A stretch of 28,708 bases of DNA from Candidatus Woesearchaeota archaeon (GCA_964551065.1 CAZKAU010000001.1:1-28708), one strand, 5' to 3'; positions 17,441 through 26,813 are shown, counted from the stretch's first letter. Notes: generated from the letters alone by a model not told the origin. Translations and numbers: made by a program.

Positions 17441-19974
17441 TGGCAGAAGATGAAGAAATAGAAGAAAGTATGGATGAAGAAGAACTTGAAGAGTCTGAGG
17501 ACGAAGATGATTTTGAAGAAGATTCAGATAAGAAATCTTCGGGTAAGGATAAACAAACAAGTCTTGTAGAAGAGAAAGGAATAGTTAATACTGAAATCTC
17601 TGGAGAAGTAAAGAAAGCATATCTTGATTATGCTATGTCTGTAATTGTTTCGAGGGCTATTCCTTCGATTGAAGATGGTATGAAACCTGTTCAAAGGAGA
17701 ATTTTGTATTCTATGAATCTTCTTGGATTGCAAAGCAATAAGCAAACTAAAAAGTGTGCCAGAATTGTTGGAGATGTTCTTGGTAAATACCATCCTCATG
17801 GAGATACTGCGGTTTACGAAGCTTTGGTAAGAATGGCTCAACCTTTTTCATTAAGATATCCTCTTGTTTTTGGTCAGGGTAATTTTGGAAGTATAGATGG
17901 TGATTCTGCAGCGGCTATGCGTTATACTGAAGCTAAGATGGCTGCAATTTCAAATGAGATTCTCGAGGATATTGAAAAGGAAACTGTGAAATTTGAACCA
18001 AATTTTGATAACTCTTTGAAAGAGCCGGTTCTACTTCCCGCAAAAATTCCAAATTTAATAATTAATGGTGCAACCGGAATCGCTGTTGGTATGGCGACTA
18101 ATATCCCTCCCCATAATCTTACAGAAATTGCTGATGCAATAATTGCCTATACCAAGAATGAAAATATTTCAATTGATGAACTTTGTGAAATTGTTTCCGG
18201 TCCAGACTTTCCAACAGGAGGAGTTGTTTCGGGAGATATGAATGAGATGTATAAGAGAGGTAAGGGAAGATTAATCCTTAGAGGAAAGGTTACAACTGAA
18301 GCTGCAAAGAATAAAGAGAGACTTGTGATCACCGAGATCCCCTATGTTCTCAATAAATCTACACTTGTTGAACAGATTGCAAAATTGATTCAGGATAAAA
18401 AACTCAGAGATGTTTCAGATTTAAGAGATGAATCTTCAAAAGGAAAAATCAGAATAGTTATTGAATTGAAGAAAGGAGCTAACTCCAAGTTTGTAAGTAA
18501 TGCTCTTTACAAGTATACCAGGCTTCAAGATTCTTTCAATGCAAATTTCCTTGCGCTTGTCGGAAATCAGCCAAGGGTCCTTAATTTGAAAAATATAATT
18601 GAAGAATATGTAAAATACAGAAAACAGATTATCACAAAAAGAACAGAGTATGATCTGAGAAAAGCAAAAGAGAGATTGGAAATTGTTGAAGGCTTGATGA
18701 TTGCCTTGAAGAATATTGATGAAATTATTTCTATAATAAAGAAATCCAGAGAAGAAGCAGCTGAAAATTTGATGAAAAAATTCAAATTTACAAAGAGGCA
18801 GGCAGAAGCTATTCTTGAAACAAGATTGAGACAATTGAGTGCTCTGGAACAAGATAAGCTTAAGGAAGAGCATCAGAAATTGAAAAACAGTATTGAAGAA
18901 TTTGAGAAGATTCTTTCAGATATGAAAGAGGTTTTGAAGATAATTGTTAAAGAAGTTAAAGCCATGAAAGAGAAATATGGTGGAGAGAGAAGAACACAGG
19001 TTTTGAAGAGGATTGGAGAAATTAAAGAGAAAGACCTTGTTCAGAAGAAAAATGTTATTGTAACTGTAACTGAGAAAGGATATTGCAAGAGAATTGATAC
19101 TGCAACTTACAAAGAACAGAAGAGAGGAGGCAGGGGAGTTACAGGAAGCGGTCTTGCGACAGGAGATTTCGTAAAACAGATAATTGATTGCTCTACTCAT
19201 GATTACCTCATGTTCTTTACTTCTAAGGGGAGAGTTCTTTTCCTCAAGGCGTATGAAATTCCTGAGGCTGATAGATACAGTAAGGGAAAAGCTTTGGTAA
19301 ACCTTATAGGAATAAAGGATGAGAGAATAACAAATATTATTTCAGTTACAGACTTTAATGATTATTTATTCATGGCTACAAGAAAAGGACAGGTTAAGAA
19401 AATTTCGCTTGAACATTTCTCAAAACCAAGAGCTTCGGGAATTAGAGCAATAACCTTGCCTCCCGACAATTCAGATATGTTGGTTGATGTTCAGATAATC
19501 AAACCTAAAGAAGAGGTTCTTCTTGCAACAAAGCATGGGCAGGCAATAAGATTTAACAGTGATGATGTAAGAGCGATGGGGAGAGCGAGCTATGGTGTCT
19601 CAGGAATAAAACTTGGAAAAGATGATGAAGTTGTAAGTTTAGAGATTTTGAGAACAAAGGAAGTTATGACTATAACTGAAAAAGGTTATGGGAAGAGAAG
19701 TGCGGTTAATGACTACAGGAAAACTGCAAGAAGTGGAAAGGGCGTAATTAATATGAAAGTGTCCGAAAAGACAGGGGATATTGTAAATACAGTTTCAATA
19801 AATCCTGAAGATAATATTATCATAACTACTGCAAAAGGGATGGTTATCAGGACCAACTTGAATAACATAAGAGTTATGGGAAGAGCGACACAAGGTGTAA
19901 GAATTGTAAAGCTTCAGGATGAAGATTTTGTTACGGATATTGTTAAAGTTCATGATTTGAATGGAGACGAGTAA
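17440..19974 (+). CDS. gyrA: DNA gyrase subunit A with an acidic N-terminal extension
   Basis: [29 protein letters not shown], catalytic AAAMRYTE, GyrA-box QKRGGRG and six CTD blades. GGAGG SD-like sequence upstream. Confidence 0.98.
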   Translation: MAEDEEIEESMDEEELEESEDEDDFEEDSDKKSSGKDKQTSLVEEKGIVNTEISGEVKKAYLDYAMSVIVSRAIPSIEDGMKPVQRRILYSMNLLGLQSNKQTKKCARIVGDVLGKYHPHGDTAVYEALVRMAQPFSLRYPLVFGQGNFGSIDGDSAAAMRYTEAKMAAISNEILEDIEKETVKFEPNFDNSLKEPVLLPAKIPNLIINGATGIAVGMATNIPPHNLTEIADAIIAYTKNENISIDELCEIVSGPDFPTGGVVSGDMNEMYKRGKGRLILRGKVTTEAAKNKERLVITEIPYVLNKSTLVEQIAKLIQDKKLRDVSDLRDESSKGKIRIVIELKKGANSKFVSNALYKYTRLQDSFNANFLALVGNQPRVLNLKNIIEEYVKYRKQIITKRTEYDLRKAKERLEIVEGLMIALKNIDEIISIIKKSREEAAENLMKKFKFTKRQAEAILETRLRQLSALEQDKLKEEHQKLKNSIEEFEKILSDMKEVLKIIVKEVKAMKEKYGGERRTQVLKRIGEIKEKDLVQKKNVIVTVTEKGYCKRIDTATYKEQKRGGRGVTGSGLATGDFVKQIIDCSTHDYLMFFTSKGRVLFLKAYEIPEADRYSKGKALVNLIGIKDERITNIISVTDFNDYLFMATRKGQVKKISLEHFSKPRASGIRAITLPPDNSDMLVDVQIIKPKEEVLLATKHGQAIRFNSDDVRAMGRASYGVSGIKLGKDDEVVSLEILRTKEVMTITEKGYGKRSAVNDYRKTARSGKGVINMKVSEKTGDIVNTVSINPEDNIIITTAKGMVIRTNLNNIRVMGRATQGVRIVKLQDEDFVTDIVKVHDLNGDE

Positions 19975-19991
19975 AAATATTTCTAATAAAA

Positions 19992-20615
19992 TTATTTTTT
20001 CTTTTTGAGAAATCTTAGATTTGCAATTATCAAATAAGATAAGGTTATCATGCTCACGGCCATTGCAATCCAAAATCCGTAATAAGGAATTCCTGAAAGG
20101 GTTAAGCCTGAAGAACAGGATGTGGGTGTTGGCAGACAATTTATGCTTATTAAGTCTCCCGGATTTATTGAAATTCCTACTATGAAGAGAATTGCGATTT
20201 CTGCGAAAGCAAAGATTAATGCAGGAGTTTTTTTCCTAGGGGGTTTCATCAAGTATAATACAAATATTGCAAGAGGCACAGTGTAGAGATGTTGCATAAA
20301 TAAAATTTTTTCATAAGGAACCATAGTAAAGATATTTGAAGCAAATCCTGTGAAAGAATTTCCTGTTATAAGATGATAAACCAAGTCGATAAACCAAAGT
20401 AAATCCGGTATTGCGAGAATGATTACCTGACTTAAAACAAGATTATAATTTCTTCTTAAAAATCCAATAATCAAAATAGTCATGCCAATATAACAAACCC
20501 AAAGAAGCTGGATTGGTGTTCCTTTCATTAGATAATTTATTATTAAAAGAAAAAGATTTAAGGAAATAATTATTGTTATAAAATAAAGAAAAATTTCTTT
20601 TGTTTCCTCTTTCAT
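19992..20615 (-). CDS. Multi-pass integral membrane protein of unknown function
   Basis: About six hydrophobic segments, with W.C, IP..LW..D and QH motifs. TATA box 20 nt upstream. Confidence 0.75.
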   Translation of the reverse strand: MKEETKEIFLYFITIIISLNLFLLIINYLMKGTPIQLLWVCYIGMTILIIGFLRRNYNLVLSQVIILAIPDLLWFIDLVYHLITGNSFTGFASNIFTMVPYEKILFMQHLYTVPLAIFVLYLMKPPRKKTPALIFAFAEIAILFIVGISINPGDLISINCLPTPTSCSSGLTLSGIPYYGFWIAMAVSMITLSYLIIANLRFLKKKK

Positions 20616-20652
20616 TAAATTAGGTTATTAAAATTGTATAAAAACTTTCTCT

Positions 20653-21462
20653 TTAGAATTTTAACCTGCTTTGTTTTTCAAATTTAGGAAACCTTCCGTC
20701 TTGGCTCTGATTCCAGGCAGGACAAATTTGCTTGTAGGAACACCAATCACAAAGTCTTGAAGGGTTTGTTGGAAATTCAGTAGTTGATTCAATGGCTCTT
20801 ATTAATTCCACAGTTTCTTTCTTTAACTGTTTAAGCTGTTCTTCTGTTCTCCTTGATTCCAGTCTTTTGTTAAAATTAAGATAGTGCCAAATAAGACGGA
20901 CTTCTGTAGCATTATCAAACATTTCTCTTATTGCTATTGAATAAAGTGCAAGCTGCCTATCTTCATCAACCTTGTCCTGGGGTGGAAGGGTGTTTGAGGT
21001 TTTATAATCATGAATTTCATATTCACCTGTTTCTAAGTTATAACATAGCCTATCAATGAATCCTTTTAATTTGTAATTTCCTTCTTCATCTAAATCTATG
21101 AAAATTTCTTTTTCCAGAGCCAGGGTGTTTTCCTGAAAAGGTGCATATCTATTGTAGTAATCTATTAGAAACTGAACCCCTTTATTGTAATAGTCGTTAT
21201 CAGTCATCCCTTTTTTCGGGATTAGGAAATCTTTCCTTTCAGCCAGCCAATGCCTTGAATAGAAAAGCATAACATCATCAAGCGAAGGAAGGTTCCCCTT
21301 TTTAGCTTCCTCATAAATCCATTCAAGAGTTAAATGGACCATGGTTCCAAGATGAGCTTCAATAGTTCTTTCTTTTTCTGGTATGTGATCTATGTAACGA
21401 AATTTATATCTCTTTTTGCATTGTTCAAAAGTACTTAGTCTTGAATGAGAATATATTGTCAT
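20653..21462 (-). CDS. Stand-alone RecB/AddB/Cas4-like PD-(D/E)XK nuclease with an Fe-S staple
   Basis: YSHSRLSTFEQC, G..VH..LE, GFIDRL, HDYKT, QLALY and C-terminal CDWCSYKQIC (1+3 Cys pattern). Confidence 0.9.
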   Translation of the reverse strand: MTIYSHSRLSTFEQCKKRYKFRYIDHIPEKERTIEAHLGTMVHLTLEWIYEEAKKGNLPSLDDVMLFYSRHWLAERKDFLIPKKGMTDNDYYNKGVQFLIDYYNRYAPFQENTLALEKEIFIDLDEEGNYKLKGFIDRLCYNLETGEYEIHDYKTSNTLPPQDKVDEDRQLALYSIAIREMFDNATEVRLIWHYLNFNKRLESRRTEEQLKQLKKETVELIRAIESTTEFPTNPSRLCDWCSYKQICPAWNQSQDGRFPKFEKQSRLKF

Positions 21463-21560
21463 TTTCTCTTTTAACCTAAACTTCGAAATGAGGAAGGGTT
21501 ATAAATTTTGTTATAAATTTAATATGAAAAATTTAAAAACCTACTCTCCTTTAACATTTG

Positions 21561-22466
21561 ATGAATAAGGTGAGCGAATCTCGTGTTTTTGATAAGGTTT
21601 TTTACATCGCCTTTGCAATTGTTATTCTTGTTTTGATTTCAATTACTGTTTATGCTGCTCTTCCGGGAGCTACTGCTTCCAATCCGGGGCATTCTGCAGA
21701 TCAGATTTACATCAGTTATGGAAGTAATTATCTTACTCTTCAAAATGCTGTTAGCGGGAATTATCTTACGAGAACCAAGTCTGAAGTAGTGTCCTTGCTT
21801 ACACCTGCAAATTCCGATAATAATTTTCCAACAATGACTCCCTATCATTTGGCAAGTCAAATTTTAATTCAGGTACCTTCCTCTTCAGGGGTTAATTATA
21901 CTATGACTCTTCAGGAAGCTGTAGATAATAATGTTTTTGTGAATGGGGCTAGTACAAGCTATACCACTTCTCTGCCTGTAGGGGGACAGTATGCAAGTAA
22001 CGTTAATGTTATTGGTGGAGATGGGACTGCTCAAACATTTGAACAAGCAATAGTAACAGGGAATTTTGCAGCTCCAGTTATATGGAATAGTACTGCATGG
22101 AAATCTACCTATCCTGTAACCTGTCCTACTTCTAGTTGGACAAGAACGGTTTATTGTCAAAAAGAGGTTTTGGGTGCATATATCACAGTTGATGATTCCT
22201 ATTGCGTAGATGCGGGAGTAAAGCCAGTAAGTTCTACGACTGTTACCTGTACTTGGCATGTTTCTAGTTTCACTTGCCCTATGCAAAATCCTTCTGGGCA
22301 GATATATCCTAGCTGTCCTACAGCAGGAACAACCTGTAATACTTGGGGTGCAGGAGGATCCTGCCAGGTAGGAACCTGTAAGTATAATTGTGCATGGACG
22401 GGGATATGTTCTTCTGGATACAATGGGGGGAGTTATAGTTGTTATCCTTCCGCTCCTACAATCTAA
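21561..22466 (+). CDS. Surface protein: N-terminal anchor, three internal repeats, an ADAMTS-type TSP1-like module and a Cys-rich C-terminus
   Basis: ATG at 21561, with a TATA box 21 nt upstream. Repeats H.A.QI...TLQ.A, and W..TC..RTVYC..VDDSYC..KP..C. Confidence 0.75.
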   Translation: MNKVSESRVFDKVFYIAFAIVILVLISITVYAALPGATASNPGHSADQIYISYGSNYLTLQNAVSGNYLTRTKSEVVSLLTPANSDNNFPTMTPYHLASQILIQVPSSSGVNYTMTLQEAVDNNVFVNGASTSYTTSLPVGGQYASNVNVIGGDGTAQTFEQAIVTGNFAAPVIWNSTAWKSTYPVTCPTSSWTRTVYCQKEVLGAYITVDDSYCVDAGVKPVSSTTVTCTWHVSSFTCPMQNPSGQIYPSCPTAGTTCNTWGAGGSCQVGTCKYNCAWTGICSSGYNGGSYSCYPSAPTI

Positions 22467-22512
22467 TTTCCTTATCAGAAATCTTTTTTAATCTGAATTA
22501 CCTTGAGTTGAT

Positions 22513-24093
22513 ATGAATGCTTTTTTGGGTAAAGTTAATTCCATTATAAAGAAATTTGAAGATTATAAGATAGACCCTTTAATTCTTGGATTGTATGTTG
22601 TCTGTGTAATTCTGGTACGCGATTTGTTGGAGAACATATCAAATTTTTCATATCACTCAATTGAACCTGGAATTTTACTTCTTGTAGAGTATCCTCTTTG
22701 GTATCTGACAATAATTCTATTTTTTGTTATTATAGCTTATATTTTTACGAAAGAAAATATAACTAAAATAATGAAGGTCTTTTCATTTTTACTTCCAATT
22801 ATCTGGCTTGCTCCTTTGATTGATTTATTTCTAACAAAAGGTGCTGTTATGGGATTTGTAAATATTCGTTCGTGGAGCGAGCTTCCTTTCAAGGCTATCT
22901 TGTGGTTACAACATTCTCCGATTCACCTACCAGGAATAACTTGGGGTTTAATGATTGAATTAACATTAATCTTGATTGGACTTTCATTTTATGTTTATGC
23001 AAAAACCAAGAGTATCCTAAAAGCTATCTTTTCATTTATAGCATTTTATCTTGTAACTTTTCTGATGGGGGCACCTTCGTTAGCTACTCTTTTGCTGGCA
23101 ACTGTAAATAAGAGTTGGATTAGTCTGACAGCATTTACTTACAACTTTAACCCTGAAGTCGTAGTTTCTCTTGCTCTTTTCTTTATATTAACAATATCTC
23201 TCGTCATATTCTTTTGCATTTATGACCGGAAGAAATGTATCAATTTCTTCAAATATTTATCCATTACAAGGGTTATCCATTATGTCCTGATACTTAATCT
23301 GGGGACAGCTTTTGCAGTAATCTCTCATCTGAAGGAAATTCATATGTCTTTTCTTACTATTTTTATCCTAATTCTTGCAAATCTGGTTGTTGTCTTTTCA
23401 TGGATTTTTGCTAAGAATGTGAATGATTATTTTGATAAGAAAGAAGATTCTCTTTCTAACAAAGGCAATCCATTTATTAGTAAACAATTCACCAGAAGTG
23501 AACTTATTGTTATTTATGGGATGGTTCTTCTGATGTCTCTCGGAATTTCATATTTGATAGGCTACGCATTTTTCTTCTTTAATATTTTGACATTAAGTGT
23601 AAGCTTTTTGTACTCCTGTCCTCCTATGAGGTTGAAAAGAATACTCTTTTTCTCTCATCTGTGCATCGGATTGGCTTCAGGCATTGTGCTATTGCAGGGA
23701 TTTTCCCTTGTTGGGAATATCATGCCTCTTAATAATCTTAACCTGAAATTATTTTTATGGATAACTCTTGCTTTCTTTCTTGGATCTCATCTTAAAGATA
23801 TAAAAGATTACAAAGGGGATAAAAATGCAGGCATAAAAACTCTTCCTACTGTTTTTGGAGAGAGAAACGCAAAGATCATGATCACTCTTATTCTTTCGAT
23901 ACTGTTCCTCTTTTCTGTTATCTTGTTTGGTTTAATTTATCTTGTTCCGTTTGCGATTTTATGTGCTTTGGGTGCGTCTTATTTTTTAAACAGAAAAAAT
24001 TACAAAGAAGTTTATGTATTCCTAATTTATTTTTCTTTCTTTGTTGTTGTAGCTATATTCCTTTTGAGAAGTTTAATTTCACAAATTGTTTAA
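22513..24093 (+). CDS. UbiA-family prenyltransferase fused to an extra N-terminal multi-pass membrane domain
   Basis: NDYFDKKED...NKGNP, YSCPPMRLKR and DIKDYKGDKNAGIKTLP motifs in the C-terminal half; 526 aa in total. Confidence 0.85.
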   Translation: MNAFLGKVNSIIKKFEDYKIDPLILGLYVVCVILVRDLLENISNFSYHSIEPGILLLVEYPLWYLTIILFFVIIAYIFTKENITKIMKVFSFLLPIIWLAPLIDLFLTKGAVMGFVNIRSWSELPFKAILWLQHSPIHLPGITWGLMIELTLILIGLSFYVYAKTKSILKAIFSFIAFYLVTFLMGAPSLATLLLATVNKSWISLTAFTYNFNPEVVVSLALFFILTISLVIFFCIYDRKKCINFFKYLSITRVIHYVLILNLGTAFAVISHLKEIHMSFLTIFILILANLVVVFSWIFAKNVNDYFDKKEDSLSNKGNPFISKQFTRSELIVIYGMVLLMSLGISYLIGYAFFFFNILTLSVSFLYSCPPMRLKRILFFSHLCIGLASGIVLLQGFSLVGNIMPLNNLNLKLFLWITLAFFLGSHLKDIKDYKGDKNAGIKTLPTVFGERNAKIMITLILSILFLFSVILFGLIYLVPFAILCALGASYFLNRKNYKEVYVFLIYFSFFVVVAIFLLRSLISQIV

Positions 24094-25112
24094 ATTGAGG
24101 AGAGATACTTATTCAATGCCTCGATGCTTATTGCTGTACTTAAATCTTCAGAACCATAGTAGTACGATGCCCAACTTGGAAGATATTCAAAATAAATTTC
24201 TTTAGACCAATGGCCGTCACGGTTTTGAGTGCTAATAAGATAAGTTACAGCTCTGTCTACTTCTTTTCCATGGTAGTCATAATTGATTAGAGTGTTTATT
24301 GCTAGGGCCGTATTCAGGGGGCTCCCGAAAGAACCGTTTGGTTGCTGATTTGCTAATATTTTCTTTATTATCTCATTCCGGTTTTCTCCAAGGCAGGAGA
24401 TATTATTACTGAATGCTTTTGAAACAGTATAGTAAAGAACAAAACGGTTAGGATAGTATAAGGAACAATTTTGATTGGAGGATATTACTTTTTTAAGGTA
24501 GGCGCACACGGAATTTTCATTGCTTTTTGTGTACATCACAACATTTGCATTTATTACACAATCGATATTGTTTCCACTTTCACTATTATTTAACCAAGTG
24601 TAATAGAGACTTTCATTATTCTTATTTTGTTCCAAAACTTGTAAATTATCCTGGAAGGATTTATTATACATTCTCAGAATAAATGAAGCAACGGAAGTAT
24701 CTTCAGAATCCGGAGGAACAAAGTTATGATTTGAATTGTTTTCAGACCAATAGTTCCAAAGTCCGGGATATTCCTGATCACTTAACAAGAAGTTCAAGCC
24801 TTTGAGGGTTATATTTTGAACTTCTTTATTTTTTATGTCTTTTATAGAATATAAAGTTAGAGATGTTACAAAATTAGAGCTGTCATAAGAACATTCATTT
24901 AAGGAATCATCACCGCAGACGTATGCTTTAAATTCTCCATTGTTTAACTGATCGCTGTAAAGGAATAGAATTCCTTTGTTTATGGAATTGTTAATTTCGC
25001 TTAAGTTATTCTGGTTTTTTGGTTCGGAAAAACTGAGAATTGCCAGAACCATAATTGTTAAGGCTATTAATGAGAAAATAATTTTTCTGAAGTTTTCCTC
25101 TTTTATCTTCAT
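24090..25112 (-). CDS. Prenyltransferase/squalene-cyclase-repeat protein (single-domain class II terpene-cyclase-like) with an N-terminal anchor
   Basis: QW-type repeats (L.SDQ..NGEF, LLSDQ..PGLW, ILANQQPNGSF, YLISTQNRDGHW), PDSEDTS in place of the DxDDT motif, and C-terminal YYGSEDLSTA. Confidence 0.75.
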   Translation of the reverse strand: MKIKEENFRKIIFSLIALTIMVLAILSFSEPKNQNNLSEINNSINKGILFLYSDQLNNGEFKAYVCGDDSLNECSYDSSNFVTSLTLYSIKDIKNKEVQNITLKGLNFLLSDQEYPGLWNYWSENNSNHNFVPPDSEDTSVASFILRMYNKSFQDNLQVLEQNKNNESLYYTWLNNSESGNNIDCVINANVVMYTKSNENSVCAYLKKVISSNQNCSLYYPNRFVLYYTVSKAFSNNISCLGENRNEIIKKILANQQPNGSFGSPLNTALAINTLINYDYHGKEVDRAVTYLISTQNRDGHWSKEIYFEYLPSWASYYYGSEDLSTAISIEALNKYLSSI

Positions 25113-25195
25113 TATTTCTTTAAGTGAGGTTTATTTAAAAAATATTGTTACAAAACTTCTGCTTATCTAGAGAATTCGGAGATTAATTTCATAAC

Positions 25196-26395
25196 TTATT
25201 CTGTAACTTGGCCCCAACCAATCAATCTCCAGTGACCATTAAAGTTTCTTGCAATTCCTACTTTGCTTCCTTTTAATCCTATAACAGGGATGTTTAGAGA
25301 TAATTCTATTTGTCCAGTTTTGCCGTCGACTTTTTCAACTATTCCGACAGTTATAGTTGTGTCAACATTTAGCATGAGCATTTCTTTTGTTTTTATTGGT
25401 TCTATCTTATTTTTTTCAGCTTCTGCATCTCCAAGAACTTCCTTGAAAAGAGTGTGAGTTATCTTAAGACTGTGTGTTATATCTGGCAAAACACCTTTTT
25501 TGGATACAAGACATCCTGTGAGAGAGTCTGCTTTTGTAAGGGCTGGATCTAATGACGTTTCTATTGCAATACTTGCTCCAGGTTGCGCAGTTTTTACGGA
25601 TTCTGTTCCCTTGTGAAGTGCAAGAATCTTCGCAGTTAGTGTTTGGTATATTCTCTGGTTTGCTTTTTTCAGGCTAAGACCTGGTTTTATTTCAATTTCA
25701 TCTCCTTCATTTAATTCTCCTTGTTTCAAGATTCCTCCAAGATCCCCTCCTTTTATTTTATCTATGGAAATTCCAGGTCGGTTTATATCAAAACTTCTTG
25801 CAACTATAAATACAGGGTCTGATTTTATGTCTCTTTCAGGAATTTGGATTTTGCATATTTCTTCAAGAAGCTTGTCAACATTTATTCCCTGTTGTGCAGA
25901 GATTGGGATTATTGGAGCATCCTCTGCAAAAGTTCCCTTGACGAATTCTTTTATTTTTTTGTAATTTTCAACAGCTCTCTCGCGAGTTACAAGATCAATT
26001 TTGTTTTGAACTATTATAAGATTTTTAATTTTCTTTGCCTGTAAAACCATAAAATGCTCTCTTGTCTGAGGCTTTATTCCTTCGTTTGCGGCAATGACCA
26101 GAATTGCAGCATCAATTGTTGCAGCTCCAGAAAGCATTGTTGCCATCAGCATTTCGTGTCCAGGAGCATCAATAAAAGAGACATATCTTTCGGGATTTCC
26201 TTTTTTCTCAAGATTATATCCTTCTTTATCCTTGTAAATTATCAGATCTGCGTACCCTAATTTTATTGTAATACCTCTCTTTAACTCTTCTGAATGTTCA
26301 TCCGTATTCTTTCCAGTGAGCCTCTTAAGTAGGGTTGTCTTTCCATGGTCTATGTGTCCGACAATTCCAATGTTCAAAGAAGGTATTTTTTCCAT
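25196..26395 (-). CDS. eif2g: Translation initiation factor 2 gamma subunit (aIF2-gamma)
   Basis: NIGIVGHIDHGKTTL, EELKRGITIKLGY, FIDAPGHE, QNKID, PISA, RSFDINRPG and WRLIGWG. Confidence 0.96.
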   Translation of the reverse strand: MEKIPSLNIGIVGHIDHGKTTLLKRLTGKNTDEHSEELKRGITIKLGYADLIIYKDKEGYNLEKKGNPERYVSFIDAPGHEMLMATMLSGAATIDAAILVIAANEGIKPQTREHFMVLQAKKIKNLIIVQNKIDLVTRERAVENYKKIKEFVKGTFAEDAPIIPISAQQGINVDKLLEEICKIQIPERDIKSDPVFIVARSFDINRPGISIDKIKGGDLGGILKQGELNEGDEIEIKPGLSLKKANQRIYQTLTAKILALHKGTESVKTAQPGASIAIETSLDPALTKADSLTGCLVSKKGVLPDITHSLKITHTLFKEVLGDAEAEKNKIEPIKTKEMLMLNVDTTITVGIVEKVDGKTGQIELSLNIPVIGLKGSKVGIARNFNGHWRLIGWGQVTE

Positions 26396-26430
26396 AGAAT
26401 TAGTTAATAGAGAGAGTTTTTAAGAGTTTC

Positions 26431-26775
26431 TTATCTCCAAGTAAGTCTTTCTCCGTAGAGTTTTTGATACTCTGTGTAAACCTTTTTTCTTGAGATTCCA
26501 AGGCTTTCACAGAAGTCTACTGCTCCTCGAGGGCCCGCTTTTTGATTATGGTCAAGTAAGTGTCCAACAATATCATTGTGTCTATAAAATAATTCAAGAT
26601 GCCTTTCAGGATACTGCGGTCTGTAGGTAAATCTTTTCTGTTCTCCGTTTAAGAATTTAATTTCAAGTACTCCAGATTCCAGACTTCCTGATACAATCTT
26701 TCCAGGATGCCCGTGATTGCTGTCACTTTTTTTGTTCAATACAACAACATAATCGTCTATTGTGCTTAAGGCCAT
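26431..26775 (-). CDS. Hypothetical protein, 114 aa
   Basis: ORF with a TTTATAAA TATA box 21 nt upstream; no motif recognised. Confidence 0.65.
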   Translation of the reverse strand: MALSTIDDYVVVLNKKSDSNHGHPGKIVSGSLESGVLEIKFLNGEQKRFTYRPQYPERHLELFYRHNDIVGHLLDHNQKAGPRGAVDFCESLGISRKKVYTEYQKLYGERLTWR

Positions 26776-26813
26776 ATAATTTCATATTGAAAATTTTTTA
26801 TAAAATTAATGGA

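Noticed and set aside
21498-21520. Tandem GTTATAAATTT repeat
   Set aside because: It lies in an AT-rich divergent promoter region and is most simply duplicated TATA elements.
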